The notes below the pieces were generated by a model. The model was not told where the DNA came from. It did not search any database and saw only the letters and a program-made list of their open reading frames with translations. Positions 46,387-55,010 of a stretch of 64,000 bases of DNA are shown piece by piece; position 1 is the stretch's first letter, and every line of letters begins with the position of its first letter. The translations under genes and the position numbers were made by a program. The stretch spans positions 44,942 through 108,941 of IMG/VR virus record IMGVR_UViG_3300004481_000271; one strand, 5' to 3'. The DNA is from a virus.

Positions 46387-46880
46387 CGGGTCCTCCTCTC
46401 GAGACGGTCGAGCCGGAGCTCGAGGTCGTCGAGGCGACGGACGAGCCCTCGGAGGGACGCGCCCAGGGCGAAGACCTCGTCCACGGCGAGGACCGCCGTC
46501 CGGACGAGCTCGGCGAGGTGAAGGACCGAGAGCTTCTGGCTCGCGAGGCTCGAGAAGCTCCCCTCGGGGACGACTTCCTCGAGGCGGCGGACGACCTCTT
46601 CGTCGCCGAGGCGACGGGCGGCGTCACCGACGAGGACTTCCTCGACGAGCCAGGCGCCCCCGGTCGGCGGCGCCGGCCGCGGGAGCTCCCAGCCGCAAGC
46701 CCCGCAAGCGACCCCGGCCCGGACGTTCCGGCCGGCGAGGCGGTCGGTCGAGAAGGAGAGAGCCTTCCCGTCGCCGCAAGCGGGGCAGGATGGCCAGTCG
46801 ACCCCGACCCCGGCCCGGCGGCCGGACTCCTCGGCGGCCTCCCAGAGGGCGAGCCAGAGCTCCGTGTTCGCGTCGGTCAC
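46383..46880 (-). CDS. Zinc-ribbon plus coiled-coil protein
   Basis: CPAC...CGAC; GTGA coupling. Confidence 0.65.
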   Translation of the reverse strand: MTDANTELWLALWEAAEESGRRAGVGVDWPSCPACGDGKALSFSTDRLAGRNVRAGVACGACGWELPRPAPPTGGAWLVEEVLVGDAARRLGDEEVVRRLEEVVPEGSFSSLASQKLSVLHLAELVRTAVLAVDEVFALGASLRGLVRRLDDLELRLDRLERRTR

Positions 46881-47359
46881 GGCGGGACGCTCCCGTCGTC
46901 GTCCGGAGGCGGGAGGTCGAGGTCGTCGACCCCAAGGGAGGCGACCCGTCGCCGGAGGGCGAGAACCTCCTCGGCGAGGAGGACGGCGAGCTCGCGGGCG
47001 GGGTGAGTCCAGCTCCGCGAGAAGCGCCCGACCCCGAGGGCGCCGCGGAGGGTCCAGAAGACCTCGAGGAGCTCCTCCTCGAGCGGGGAGGGCGGGAGGA
47101 GGACGGCCGGCCAAACGTCGAGGGGGAGGAGCTCCCAGCCGTCGGAGCGGGCGGTCTCGCCCCCGCCGGCGTCGGCCGGCGTCGCCCAGGGGACGGCGTC
47201 GAGGCGGACGACCGGACGGAAGCGGTCGTCGACGTCGACGACCGTCGCCCCGGACCCCCCGACGGCCCGGGGGACCCCGAGGCGGTCGAGGGCCTCGACG
47301 CGGACGCGGACGCGGTCCCCAGCTTGCGGGACGTAGAGACGGAAGGGGTCAGCCTTCAT
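46877..47359 (-). CDS. Hypothetical protein, possible SH3/KOW-like domain
   Basis: PQAGDRVRV...G..GATVVDV pattern. Confidence 0.55.
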   Translation of the reverse strand: MKADPFRLYVPQAGDRVRVRVEALDRLGVPRAVGGSGATVVDVDDRFRPVVRLDAVPWATPADAGGGETARSDGWELLPLDVWPAVLLPPSPLEEELLEVFWTLRGALGVGRFSRSWTHPARELAVLLAEEVLALRRRVASLGVDDLDLPPPDDDGSVPP

Positions 47360-47672
47360 CGTCCTCGAGCTCCATCGCAACGGAGCGGTGGAGGACCTCG
47401 TCGACGGCGAGCCCGAGCTCGCGGACCTCGAGCTCCTCGCCCGGACGGAGGACGGGCGGGCGGGCGGCCTCGACCTCGCGAACGAAGTCGAAGACGGACC
47501 CCCGACCGAAGCCGTCGCCGAAGTCGAGCTCGGCGAGGACAACCCCGGAGCGTCCGCCTCGGAGGACGGCGACGACGACCCGGACCTCCTCGAGCGGGTC
47601 CGCGAGGTCGCGAACGAGCCGCTCGAGACGGCGCCGCTTCCCGGGGTCCAGGTCGACAACCTTCCCGGTCAT
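47349..47672 (-). CDS. Hypothetical protein
   Basis: ATGA coupling. Confidence 0.6.
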   Translation of the reverse strand: MTGKVVDLDPGKRRRLERLVRDLADPLEEVRVVVAVLRGGRSGVVLAELDFGDGFGRGSVFDFVREVEAARPPVLRPGEELEVRELGLAVDEVLHRSVAMELEDDEG

Positions 47673-48316
47673 AGCCCGAGCTCCTCGAAGATCCTCGCCG
47701 AGGTTGCGAGGGCGAGGGCGAGCTCGCGGATCTCCCGCGCCGCCTCGCCGAAGCTACGGGTCGCGATCTCCCGATAGACCCGCTCCCCCAGACGACGGGA
47801 TGCCAGGGCGAGAGACTCCGTCCGCGCGGCGGTCGGAGTCGTAGGCGGAGGGGCGGGAGGAGGAGGAGGAGGAGGAGGAGGAGCGGGCTCCTCGGCGAAG
47901 TCGAGCTCGGCCTGGGGACCGATCGGCAGGGAAGCCGGTCGCTCGATCGCCCCCTCGAGCTTCGTCTTGACCCGAGACCCGTCGCCTCTGTTCTCGCGGC
48001 GACGCGAACGGTCGACGTGGACCCCGAGGTTCGTCGCCGTCCACTTCGCGTGAGCCTTCGGAAGTCCGGAGTCGAGCCGAGCGATCTCCCCCCGCCGAAC
48101 GAGCTCGGCGAGGAGCTTCCGGATCTTCTGGTCGTGGCGCTTCGCGAGCTTCACGTCGGAGACGTAATCTTGCGCCCCCCAGGTCAACGCAAGGCGCCGG
48201 GCGACGTCCTGGGTCGTGGCGAACGCCGTCGGGTTCTCCGGCGTCCGGTCTTCGACCGAGATCTCGACGACGGCCTTCCGGAGGTCGTCGAGCTCGGTCC
48301 ATCCCTTCCGAGTCAT
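47669..48316 (-). CDS. Putative winged-helix protein with poly-Pro linker
   Basis: TTQDVARRL...IRKLLAELVRRGEI; PPPPPPPP tract. Confidence 0.55.
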   Translation of the reverse strand: MTRKGWTELDDLRKAVVEISVEDRTPENPTAFATTQDVARRLALTWGAQDYVSDVKLAKRHDQKIRKLLAELVRRGEIARLDSGLPKAHAKWTATNLGVHVDRSRRRENRGDGSRVKTKLEGAIERPASLPIGPQAELDFAEEPAPPPPPPPPPAPPPTTPTAARTESLALASRRLGERVYREIATRSFGEAAREIRELALALATSARIFEELGL

Positions 48317-48780
48317 GGGTCCTTCCCCTTTCCGTTGTCCTCGACGCGGACGAGCTCCGCCTCGAGCCAGACGGCACCGTCGACCGCCGGACCGGAATCG
48401 GCGGCGTCGAGCTCGAGGAGCGGGAGGGCCTCGCCAGCGAGAGCGAAGACGATCGTCCTCACGCCCCGACAGTCGCGGTCGAAGAGGTCGACGCGGAGCC
48501 AGCGGGAGCCGACGAGCCGCTCGGCGAGCGGCGGACGTCCGCGGACGTGCGCGGTCCGGAGCTCGAGGCGGCGGCCGTCGTAGCGGAGCCGCGCCCCGGC
48601 AACGGACGGCGGACCTCCGAGGCGGGCGATCGAGTCGGCGGCCTCGAGCCCGTCCTCGTCGTCGGCGACGGCAAGGCGGAACCTGTACCCCGGGAGGAAG
48701 TCGGCCTCGAGCCCTTCCATCGCCAGCATTCGGCGGGCGGTCTCGTCGAGGGCGCGGGCGACGTTCTCCTTCTCGGCCAC
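48313..48780 (-). CDS. Hypothetical protein with ARLGG motif
   Basis: GTG 6 nt after CAGTAAC motif. Confidence 0.6.
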   Translation of the reverse strand: MAEKENVARALDETARRMLAMEGLEADFLPGYRFRLAVADDEDGLEAADSIARLGGPPSVAGARLRYDGRRLELRTAHVRGRPPLAERLVGSRWLRVDLFDRDCRGVRTIVFALAGEALPLLELDAADSGPAVDGAVWLEAELVRVEDNGKGKDP

Positions 48781-48852
48781 GGTTTCGTTACTGCTCGCCG
48801 GCGGGGAAGACGTCGCCCTCGAGGAGGAGCCCCGAGGGCGGCGAGGCGGAAG

Positions 48853-49590
48853 CTACTTCACGAGGGCGGCGCGGGCGATCTCGGTCTGCTTCTCGCCCTT
48901 GTAGGTCGAATGCGACTTGACGGTCCCGCGGATCCGAACCTCGTCGCCCTTCCCGATCGGGACCTCACCGTTCCCGGCGGGAGCGGTCTTCCAGAGCCCG
49001 ACACCGGTCGTCTTCCAGACGATCGCGTTCCCGTCGGCGTCGCGGAACTTGTAGAGCGTGACCGTCGTCGTCCCGAAGCCCGAATAGGAGTTGATCGCCC
49101 AGGAAAAGGTCGCCTCGAGGCGGACGTCGAAGACCCTCCGCTCGCCCTCGGTCCCGACGAAGTCGGAGGCGGCGGCGCGGGAAGCACGGTCCTGGCGACG
49201 GATCTCGTCGAGCTCGGCGAAGGTGACCGGCCCGTGCCCCTGGCTCTCGCACCATGCCCGTTGACGCTCGAGGGCGGCCTCGGCCCGCTTCTCGGCGGCG
49301 GCCTGGCGACGGCCGGCGGCGAGCTCGCGACGACGCTCCGCCTTCGCGAAGTCGACGACGGGGACGAGATCGACGAGCCCGGCAGTCTTCGCGCCGTTGC
49401 ACTCGTAGCAGATCCCGCCGTCGGGGAACCAGTGACCGCGCCCCTCGCCCCCGCACCGTGGGCAGGCGAGGGAGACTGCGACGGCCGGACCGTCGACGGT
49501 CTCGCGGATCGAGACCCCGCGGTCGACGAGGTAGGCGATCGCGGCGGCGATCGTGTTCAGGGAGAGCCGCTTCGTCGTCTTCGTTCCCAT
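48853..49590 (-). CDS. Zinc-finger plus OB-fold nucleic-acid-binding protein
   Basis: CPRCGGEG...CYECNG; FVG..GER...DADGN..VWK...GDEVRIRGTVK.H..YKG..QT. Confidence 0.75.
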   Translation of the reverse strand: MGTKTTKRLSLNTIAAAIAYLVDRGVSIRETVDGPAVAVSLACPRCGGEGRGHWFPDGGICYECNGAKTAGLVDLVPVVDFAKAERRRELAAGRRQAAAEKRAEAALERQRAWCESQGHGPVTFAELDEIRRQDRASRAAASDFVGTEGERRVFDVRLEATFSWAINSYSGFGTTTVTLYKFRDADGNAIVWKTTGVGLWKTAPAGNGEVPIGKGDEVRIRGTVKSHSTYKGEKQTEIARAALVK

Positions 49591-49614
49591 CGTGTCCTCC
49601 GTCCTCATGTCTCT

Positions 49615-49674
49615 GTTATACGGTCTCCCTGGGGACCGGTCAAGAGGAAAACGACATCGGGGCGAAAAAAGATC
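49615..49674 (-). promoter_or_regulatory. Repeated sigma70-type promoter, copy 4
   Basis: TTGACC-17-TATAAC; leader identical to copy 1. Confidence 0.85.
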
Positions 49675-49687
49675 GAGAGGGAGATCT

Positions 49688-49981
49688 CTAGGCGGGGACG
49701 GCGGCGAGGAGCTCGTCGGCGAGCTCGTCCCCGACGAAGAAGGCGAGCGTCCCGCGGTTCGCGTCGTTCGCGGGGAAGTGATGGACCCCGGTCACGATCC
49801 CGTTGCGGGTCGTCCGGACGTAGGCGTAGCGGCGGCCGCCGGAGCCGACGACGATCTCCGCCGTCTTCCGGAAGACGGTCTCGAAGGGAGCATAGGCGGG
49901 CGAGACCCGCTCCGTCTCGGTCTGCTCGATCACGATCCCGGTCTCGGTCCTGGTCACGGTCGCCTCGGTCGTCGTCTTCAT
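49688..49981 (-). CDS. Hypothetical early protein
   Basis: MKTTT start after GGAGGAG. Confidence 0.65.
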   Translation of the reverse strand: MKTTTEATVTRTETGIVIEQTETERVSPAYAPFETVFRKTAEIVVGSGGRRYAYVRTTRNGIVTGVHHFPANDANRGTLAFFVGDELADELLAAVPA

Positions 49982-50062
49982 CGTCTCCTCCTCCTCGAGC
50001 CCTTCGGCCCGCGGAGACCCTCGAGGAGCTCGAGGACCTCCGCCGGCCGAAGCCGGCCCGCA

Positions 50063-50461
50063 CTAGGCGGCGACGGCCTTCGACCCGCCAGCAAGCCAAA
50101 CCTGGACGAGCTTCTTCGCGTCCGCGATCGTGCGCGCCGGGGCCATGCCGTCGATCGCTTCCCAGGGCGAGAAGGACTCGGTCTTGACGTCGACGCGGTA
50201 ACCCTTCCCGCGACCGGCCCGGCCGTCGATCCGGAAGGAGATCTTGCCGGCGTGCGAGCGGCCGGAGACGTCGGAGAAGGACGCGAGGACGCGCCCAACG
50301 AGGATCGCGGGCGCGACCCGCTCCCAGGAAACCGCCCGGGAGGAGCGGAAGGAGGAGGAGTTGACGACAGAGGAGAGGGTGTTGAAGACGACGGCGGCGA
50401 TGATGGCGTCCATGATGACCTCCGGGCCGGCGGGGTTGGTTTCGTTTTCCGTCCGGCTCAT
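50063..50461 (-). CDS. Hypothetical early protein (alternative start 50413)
   Basis: ATG 6 nt after -10 of promoter copy 5. Confidence 0.6.
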   Translation of the reverse strand: MSRTENETNPAGPEVIMDAIIAAVVFNTLSSVVNSSSFRSSRAVSWERVAPAILVGRVLASFSDVSGRSHAGKISFRIDGRAGRGKGYRVDVKTESFSPWEAIDGMAPARTIADAKKLVQVWLAGGSKAVAA

Positions 50462-50467
50462 GTCTCT

Positions 50468-50604
50468 GTTATACGACCTCCCCGGAGACCGCGCAAGAGA
50501 AAAACGACACCGCCCGAAAAAAAGATCCCGACCGAGCGATCTCCATCCTCGAGGGCGAGGTCGCGAACGCCGCAATTCCCAGTGTTTTATCGGGTCAAGT
50601 CGAC
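50468..50604 (-). promoter_or_regulatory. Repeated promoter copy 5 plus 34-bp upstream box
   Basis: TTGCGC-17-TATAAC; near-copy of 44276-44401. Confidence 0.8.
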
Positions 50605-50616
50605 GTCAGGCGGAGG

Positions 50617-51126
50617 TCATCCAAGAGATCGCGCCTTCCCATGAAGACGAGGGCGGGCGGCGTTCTTTTCGTTCTTTCGATCGACCTCGGCGCCGAGGTC
50701 GACCCCAAGGCGGGAGGCGGCCCGGAGGGTCTCGGCGAAGGTGAGCTCGAGGGCGATCACAGCGTCGGTCCGGTTGTTGTGTCGCCAGTATTCGATCGCC
50801 TTGCAGACGTAGGAAACGATCGGCCATAGGACGACCTCGACGGGAGCGAAGGGGAGCCCCTCGAGGTCCCCAGGACGCGGGACGAAGTCGCGGACGTGCC
50901 AGCCCTCGCCGAGCCCCTCGAGGACGTGCAGAAGCCGGATCGCGAAGTCGGCGAGCTCCTCCTCGAGCGGGTCCTCTCCGGAGCCTCGGACGAAGTCGAC
51001 GAGCTCGTCGAGCTCGGTCAAGGCGATCGCGAGCTTCCCGGGGAGGTTCTCCCAGGACGGGTCATCGAAGCCGTTCGCGCGGACGATCTCGAGGATCGTC
51101 TGGGCGCGGTCCTTCCATTCGGTCAT
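50617..51126 (-). CDS. MazG-like NTP pyrophosphohydrolase
   Basis: ELDE...EEELADFAIR...K.EKN..RP..HGK. Confidence 0.8.
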   Translation of the reverse strand: MTEWKDRAQTILEIVRANGFDDPSWENLPGKLAIALTELDELVDFVRGSGEDPLEEELADFAIRLLHVLEGLGEGWHVRDFVPRPGDLEGLPFAPVEVVLWPIVSYVCKAIEYWRHNNRTDAVIALELTFAETLRAASRLGVDLGAEVDRKNEKNAARPRLHGKARSLG

Positions 51127-51545
51127 TCGGTCCTCCGTCGATAGACGGCGAGGGCGGTCCGTCCTCGCCGGAGAGCATGAGAGCAAGCCTCGCCGAGCTT
51201 CTCGGCGCCGGCGGCGCGGACATAGCCGGCGGCGACGTCGAGCTCCCCGAGGGCGAAGTCGAAGGCGTCGGCGAGCTCCTCGACGGCGTCAACGGCGGCG
51301 GCGGTCTCCGACGGCGTCCGAGCTCGACGGTAGGCGGCGACGGCGACCCCTTCCTCGGGGTCGAAGCGAAGCTCGACCTCGACAAGCCCCTCGCCGGTGA
51401 GCTCCTCGAGGACGTCGACGACGTCACGCGGGGAGGCGGCGGGGTATCGCCCCCGGGCCTTGTTGCGGACGACCCGCCCGAGCTCCCAGCGACGGGAGAG
51501 CCGGTCGAGAAGATCGCTCCGGAGAAACAACCTCGGGACGGTCAT
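51123..51545 (-). CDS. Hypothetical protein (possible winged helix)
   Basis: DVVDVLEELTGEGLVE pattern; ATGA coupling. Confidence 0.55.
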   Translation of the reverse strand: MTVPRLFLRSDLLDRLSRRWELGRVVRNKARGRYPAASPRDVVDVLEELTGEGLVEVELRFDPEEGVAVAAYRRARTPSETAAAVDAVEELADAFDFALGELDVAAGYVRAAGAEKLGEACSHALRRGRTALAVYRRRTE

Positions 51546-51757
51546 CCGCGCCTCCGCACCCCTGGCGGGACCTCGTGCCCCTCGGCGCGGAGTCCTTCCT
51601 TCCATCGCTCCATGGTCGGCCCGAGGAGCCGCTCCCAGCGTTCAAACTCCGCTCGCCGGCGGGCGAGCTCCCGGCGCCCCTCGACGAGCTCGACGGCGAC
51701 GAGGACCCCCGAGACGGCGGCGAAGAAGGCGACGAAGAGGGCGAAGGCGAAGGTCAT
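51542..51757 (-). CDS. Small membrane protein
   Basis: N-terminal TM MTFAFALFVAFFAAVSGVLVAV. Confidence 0.6.
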   Translation of the reverse strand: MTFAFALFVAFFAAVSGVLVAVELVEGRRELARRRAEFERWERLLGPTMERWKEGLRAEGHEVPPGVRRRG

Positions 51758-51966
51758 CGCTCCCGGTCCTCGAGGAGCCTCGCGAGCTCGCCGTCGACGA
51801 GGGCGAAGGCGAGGGCGCCGACGACGATCGCCCCGGCCAAGGTGTCCGCGAGGGAGTCGAGCCAGCGGAAGAGAAAGAAGGCGCCGACGGCGGCACCGAC
51901 GGCGAGGAGCTTCCTGGCAAGAAGCCGGCCGAGGCGAGCCCCCGCTTCCTCGAGCGGATCGGTCAT
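51754..51966 (-). CDS. Small two-TM membrane protein
   Basis: Two hydrophobic segments. Confidence 0.6.
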   Translation of the reverse strand: MTDPLEEAGARLGRLLARKLLAVGAAVGAFFLFRWLDSLADTLAGAIVVGALAFALVDGELARLLEDRER

Positions 51967-52157
51967 CGGCCGACGAGCTCCTTCCATCCGACAACCTCGC
52001 CGAGGACCTCGACGACGAACCGGTCGATCTCGTCGGAGTCCATCCCCTCGGCGCGGAGCTCGAAGTCGATCGCCTCGGCGCCGGCGGAGTCGCCCAGGAC
52101 GACGACCCGCTCGACCCGTTCCCGGAGCTCGAGGAGCTCCCGCTTCAACGTCATCAC
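51963..52157 (-). CDS. Hypothetical protein
   Basis: GGAGG SD; follows CAGTAAC motif. Confidence 0.55.
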   Translation of the reverse strand: MMTLKRELLELRERVERVVVLGDSAGAEAIDFELRAEGMDSDEIDRFVVEVLGEVVGWKELVGR

Positions 52158-52188
52158 GACCTCCGCCCCTCGTTACTGCTCGTCCCGA

Positions 52189-52851
52189 TCACCGGCAGAC
52201 CCAGAGGACGGCGGCGGTCGCCCGGCCGTCGCCGAGCTCGAGCTCCTCGCCGAGGTCCTCCTCGACGCGGACGACGTCGCCGAAGAAGTCGCGAAGGACC
52301 GTCTCGAGCTTCCGCTCGCCCTGGCGGCCTCGAGGGAGGAAGCCCCTCGGCTCCTCGGGGAGGTTCGCGACGAGGACCCCGCCCGGCCGGAGAGCTCCGC
52401 GGATCTCGCCGAGGGTCTCGCGGAGACGGGCGAGGCTCGTCTGGACGTTCAGGACGTTCGACGCGAGGACGACGTCGTAAGGGTCCTCGAAGGTGTCGAC
52501 GAGGACCTCGTCCTCGAGGGCGTCGAGGTAGGACTTCGCTCGGGAGCGAACCGCGGGGCTCGGACTCTCGAGGTCGGCCGGCGAGCTCGGGACGTCGTAG
52601 CCGTCGACGCGGTAGCCCAGGCGGAGGAGGGCCCGGACTTGAAGAGCGGCGGCGCCGGCGCCGAAGTCGAGGAGCCGCTCCTTCCCCGGCCGGAGGTGCC
52701 GGACGACGTAGCGGGCAACGACCGGCCCCCTTCCATCGCGGAGAGCCCGGAGGGCAACGTCCGCCCAGGACTCGCCCTCGCGGGGAGCGGGGAGTCCGAT
52801 CCCGAGGCGGAAGGTCCGCGCCATGGCGGCGAGCTCGTCATCGCGGGTCAT
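52189..52851 (-). CDS. Class I SAM-dependent methyltransferase
   Basis: LLDFGAG, VDGYD, YDVVLASNVLNV, LRPGG. Confidence 0.85.
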   Translation of the reverse strand: MTRDDELAAMARTFRLGIGLPAPREGESWADVALRALRDGRGPVVARYVVRHLRPGKERLLDFGAGAAALQVRALLRLGYRVDGYDVPSSPADLESPSPAVRSRAKSYLDALEDEVLVDTFEDPYDVVLASNVLNVQTSLARLRETLGEIRGALRPGGVLVANLPEEPRGFLPRGRQGERKLETVLRDFFGDVVRVEEDLGEELELGDGRATAAVLWVCR

Positions 52852-52861
52852 CGCCTCGAGC

Positions 52862-53146
52862 CTACCCATCCCCGGCCTCGGAGACGATCTCCGCGGCGAG
52901 CTCGTGACCGAGGGTCCAGAGAAGGGACCGCGCCCCGTGGGCCTCGAGCCCCTCGACGACGAGGAAGCGGGCGCCGGCGACCTCGAGGGCGACGTCGACC
53001 CGGTGGACCCCGAGGGCGGTCCGTCCCCGGTCGATCTGGACGACCCGCCGGTCCCCTCCGAGGCGGAGGGCGGCGACGGCGTCCGGCGGAAGGAGGTCCT
53101 CGAGGCGGAGGCGACCGAGGCGGAGCCCGCGGACGAGGTCGGTCAC
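52862..53146 (-). CDS. RLG-motif small protein
   Basis: LLPPDAVAALRLGG. Confidence 0.7.
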   Translation of the reverse strand: MTDLVRGLRLGRLRLEDLLPPDAVAALRLGGDRRVVQIDRGRTALGVHRVDVALEVAGARFLVVEGLEAHGARSLLWTLGHELAAEIVSEAGDG

Positions 53147-53568
53147 CGCTCGAGCTCCGCGTCGACGACGTCGTCGAAGGCAACGAGGACGACGGTCCCC
53201 TCCTCGATCCCGACGACCGGCAGGGAGAGCCGGTCGGCGAGGGCCTCGGAGATGTTCGTGTCGACGTCGCCGGCGTCCGTCGAAGCCTCGCCGAAGACGG
53301 CGACGCGAACGGCCGGCTCGAGCTCGAGCTCGAACTCGAAGGGGCGACCGATCTGGACGAGCTCCCAACGGTAGACCGTTCCGACGCGGAAGACCTCGTC
53401 CTGGGTCACGAGGACGACGAGATCGGGCGGAGGTCCGAGACGGACCGCGGACGCGAGCTCCGGAGGTAGGAGGGCAAGAAGGGCCTCGGCGACGTCGATC
53501 GTCGGTTCCGCGAGGCGGTTCTCGGCGGCGGCGATGATCGGACGGAGGAGCTCGACGAGGTCGGTCAT
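53143..53568 (-). CDS. RLG-motif small protein
   Basis: LLPPELASAVRLGP. Confidence 0.72.
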   Translation of the reverse strand: MTDLVELLRPIIAAAENRLAEPTIDVAEALLALLPPELASAVRLGPPPDLVVLVTQDEVFRVGTVYRWELVQIGRPFEFELELEPAVRVAVFGEASTDAGDVDTNISEALADRLSLPVVGIEEGTVVLVAFDDVVDAELER

Positions 53569-54032
53569 CGCGGCCTCCCGAGGTCGGTCGAGACGGCGAG
53601 GACCTCCTCGACGGGGAAGTCGAAGCGGAGGACCCCGGGAAGCCCGTCGTCAACGACGACGGCGCCGAGCCGAAGGTCGAGGACGAAGCCCGGCCGGCGG
53701 AGCGGACCTCGCCCGGCCGGACCGAAGCCCGGGAGCTCCCGCTCGGCCCGGTCCTCGAAGAAGCGAAGGCGAGCTCGCCGGACGCGGGCGACGACCGAGA
53801 GGGCAGGAAGCGCGGAGTCAACCGTCCGGCCCTTCGGAGTCGCCCGGTGTCGCGCGATGTCAACCCGGAGGACGGCGTCCCGGTCGACGAAGCGGATCGA
53901 CTCCGCCTCCCGGGTGATCCAGCCGAGGCGAGATCTCGCGTCGAGGGCGGCGAGCTCGTCGGCGTCCTCGGCGAGGAGGACGGCGGCGGTGTCGGCCCAC
54001 TCGAAGACGAGGTCGCGGAAGGCGCGGGTCAT
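53565..54032 (-). CDS. RLG-motif small protein (reduced motif)
   Basis: ELAALDARSRLGW. Confidence 0.65.
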   Translation of the reverse strand: MTRAFRDLVFEWADTAAVLLAEDADELAALDARSRLGWITREAESIRFVDRDAVLRVDIARHRATPKGRTVDSALPALSVVARVRRARLRFFEDRAERELPGFGPAGRGPLRRPGFVLDLRLGAVVVDDGLPGVLRFDFPVEEVLAVSTDLGRPR

Positions 54033-54286
54033 CGGCGGACCTCCTTCGCCCAGCGGACGACCGACCGGGGAGGCGTCCCCCCGAGCCCGGGGTCAACCCC
54101 GACCGTCGCGACGGAGTCCCCGTCGACCCAGAGCTCGAAGACCCGAACCCCTGGCTCGAAGGCGGACGGCCAGCCCCCATCGAAGCCGTAGCCGGCCCCA
54201 AGGCGGAGCTTCGCGGCGAGGTCCGGGGAGAGAAGCTCGCGGGCGAGGAGCTCCGCGACGACCCTCTCCGGAGTCGGCCCGATCAT
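54029..54286 (-). CDS. RLG-motif small protein
   Basis: LLSPDLAAKLRLGA. Confidence 0.7.
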   Translation of the reverse strand: MIGPTPERVVAELLARELLSPDLAAKLRLGAGYGFDGGWPSAFEPGVRVFELWVDGDSVATVGVDPGLGGTPPRSVVRWAKEVRR

Positions 54287-54567
54287 CGGCCGACCCTCGC
54301 AGCGTGAAGGACCTCGCGCCGGTCCCGCCATTCGACGACGTCGACGCGGGCGGCGGCAACCCCGATCTCGGCGACGGCCCCCTCGTCGACCCAGAGCTCC
54401 CAGGTCTCCCGGTAGCCCCCGCGAGTCGGCTCCCAGCGTCGCCTCGCGGCGAGCTCGAAGCGGTAGGGCGCCCCGAGCCGGAGGCGGGCTTCGACCTCCG
54501 ACCGGAGGACCCCGCAAGCGAGGAGCTCCTCGAGGAGCTGGGCGGCGCGGGCGACCTCGAGGCTCAT
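54283..54567 (-). CDS. RLG-motif small protein
   Basis: VLRSEVEARLRLGA. Confidence 0.7.
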   Translation of the reverse strand: MSLEVARAAQLLEELLACGVLRSEVEARLRLGAPYRFELAARRRWEPTRGGYRETWELWVDEGAVAEIGVAAARVDVVEWRDRREVLHAARVGR

Positions 54568-55010
54568 GGAGCGCCCCTCCCCTCGCCGAGAACAACGCGA
54601 GCCGAGCGGGTCCGCCATGCCCAGGACACGACCCGCCCCTGAATCTTCGGGGCGGAGAGCTCGAGGCGGAGGACGAAGGTCGGCCGGCGGACGCGGGACT
54701 CGGCGCCGGTCCACCAGATCGAGCCCCCCTCGGCAACGTAGACGAGCTCGGCGAGGGCGCGGCCCTCCTCGAGGAAGGCGGCGAGCGGAGCGATAGGAGC
54801 CCCGGTGCCCCGAAGCGACCCGCGGAAGAGGAAGTCGAGACGACCGTTGCGGAAGCCAAGATCCCAGAGCTCCGTCCTGGGAGCCTCGCCGAGGCGGAAG
54901 CGGGCGTCGGCGGCGTCGAGGTCCTCCTCCTCGAGGGCGAGGAAGAGAAGGACCGCCCTCGAGACCTCGGTCCCCTCGAACGTGATGAAGGTGGCCGTCG
55001 GCCCGGTCAT
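54564..55010 (-). CDS. RLG-motif small protein (reduced motif)
   Basis: DLDAADARFRLGE. Confidence 0.65.
   Translation of the reverse strand: MTGPTATFITFEGTEVSRAVLLFLALEEEDLDAADARFRLGEAPRTELWDLGFRNGRLDFLFRGSLRGTGAPIAPLAAFLEEGRALAELVYVAEGGSIWWTGAESRVRRPTFVLRLELSAPKIQGRVVSWAWRTRSARVVLGEGRGAP

Noticed and set aside
47857-47883. (GGA)n microsatellite as phase-variation tract
   Set aside because: In-frame triplet repeat encoding a poly-Pro linker
42660-50604. CRISPR array or integron attC cassettes
   Set aside because: Repeats are separated by 0.7-5 kb, carry -35/-10 consensus, lack attC palindromes; no cas or tyrosine integrase
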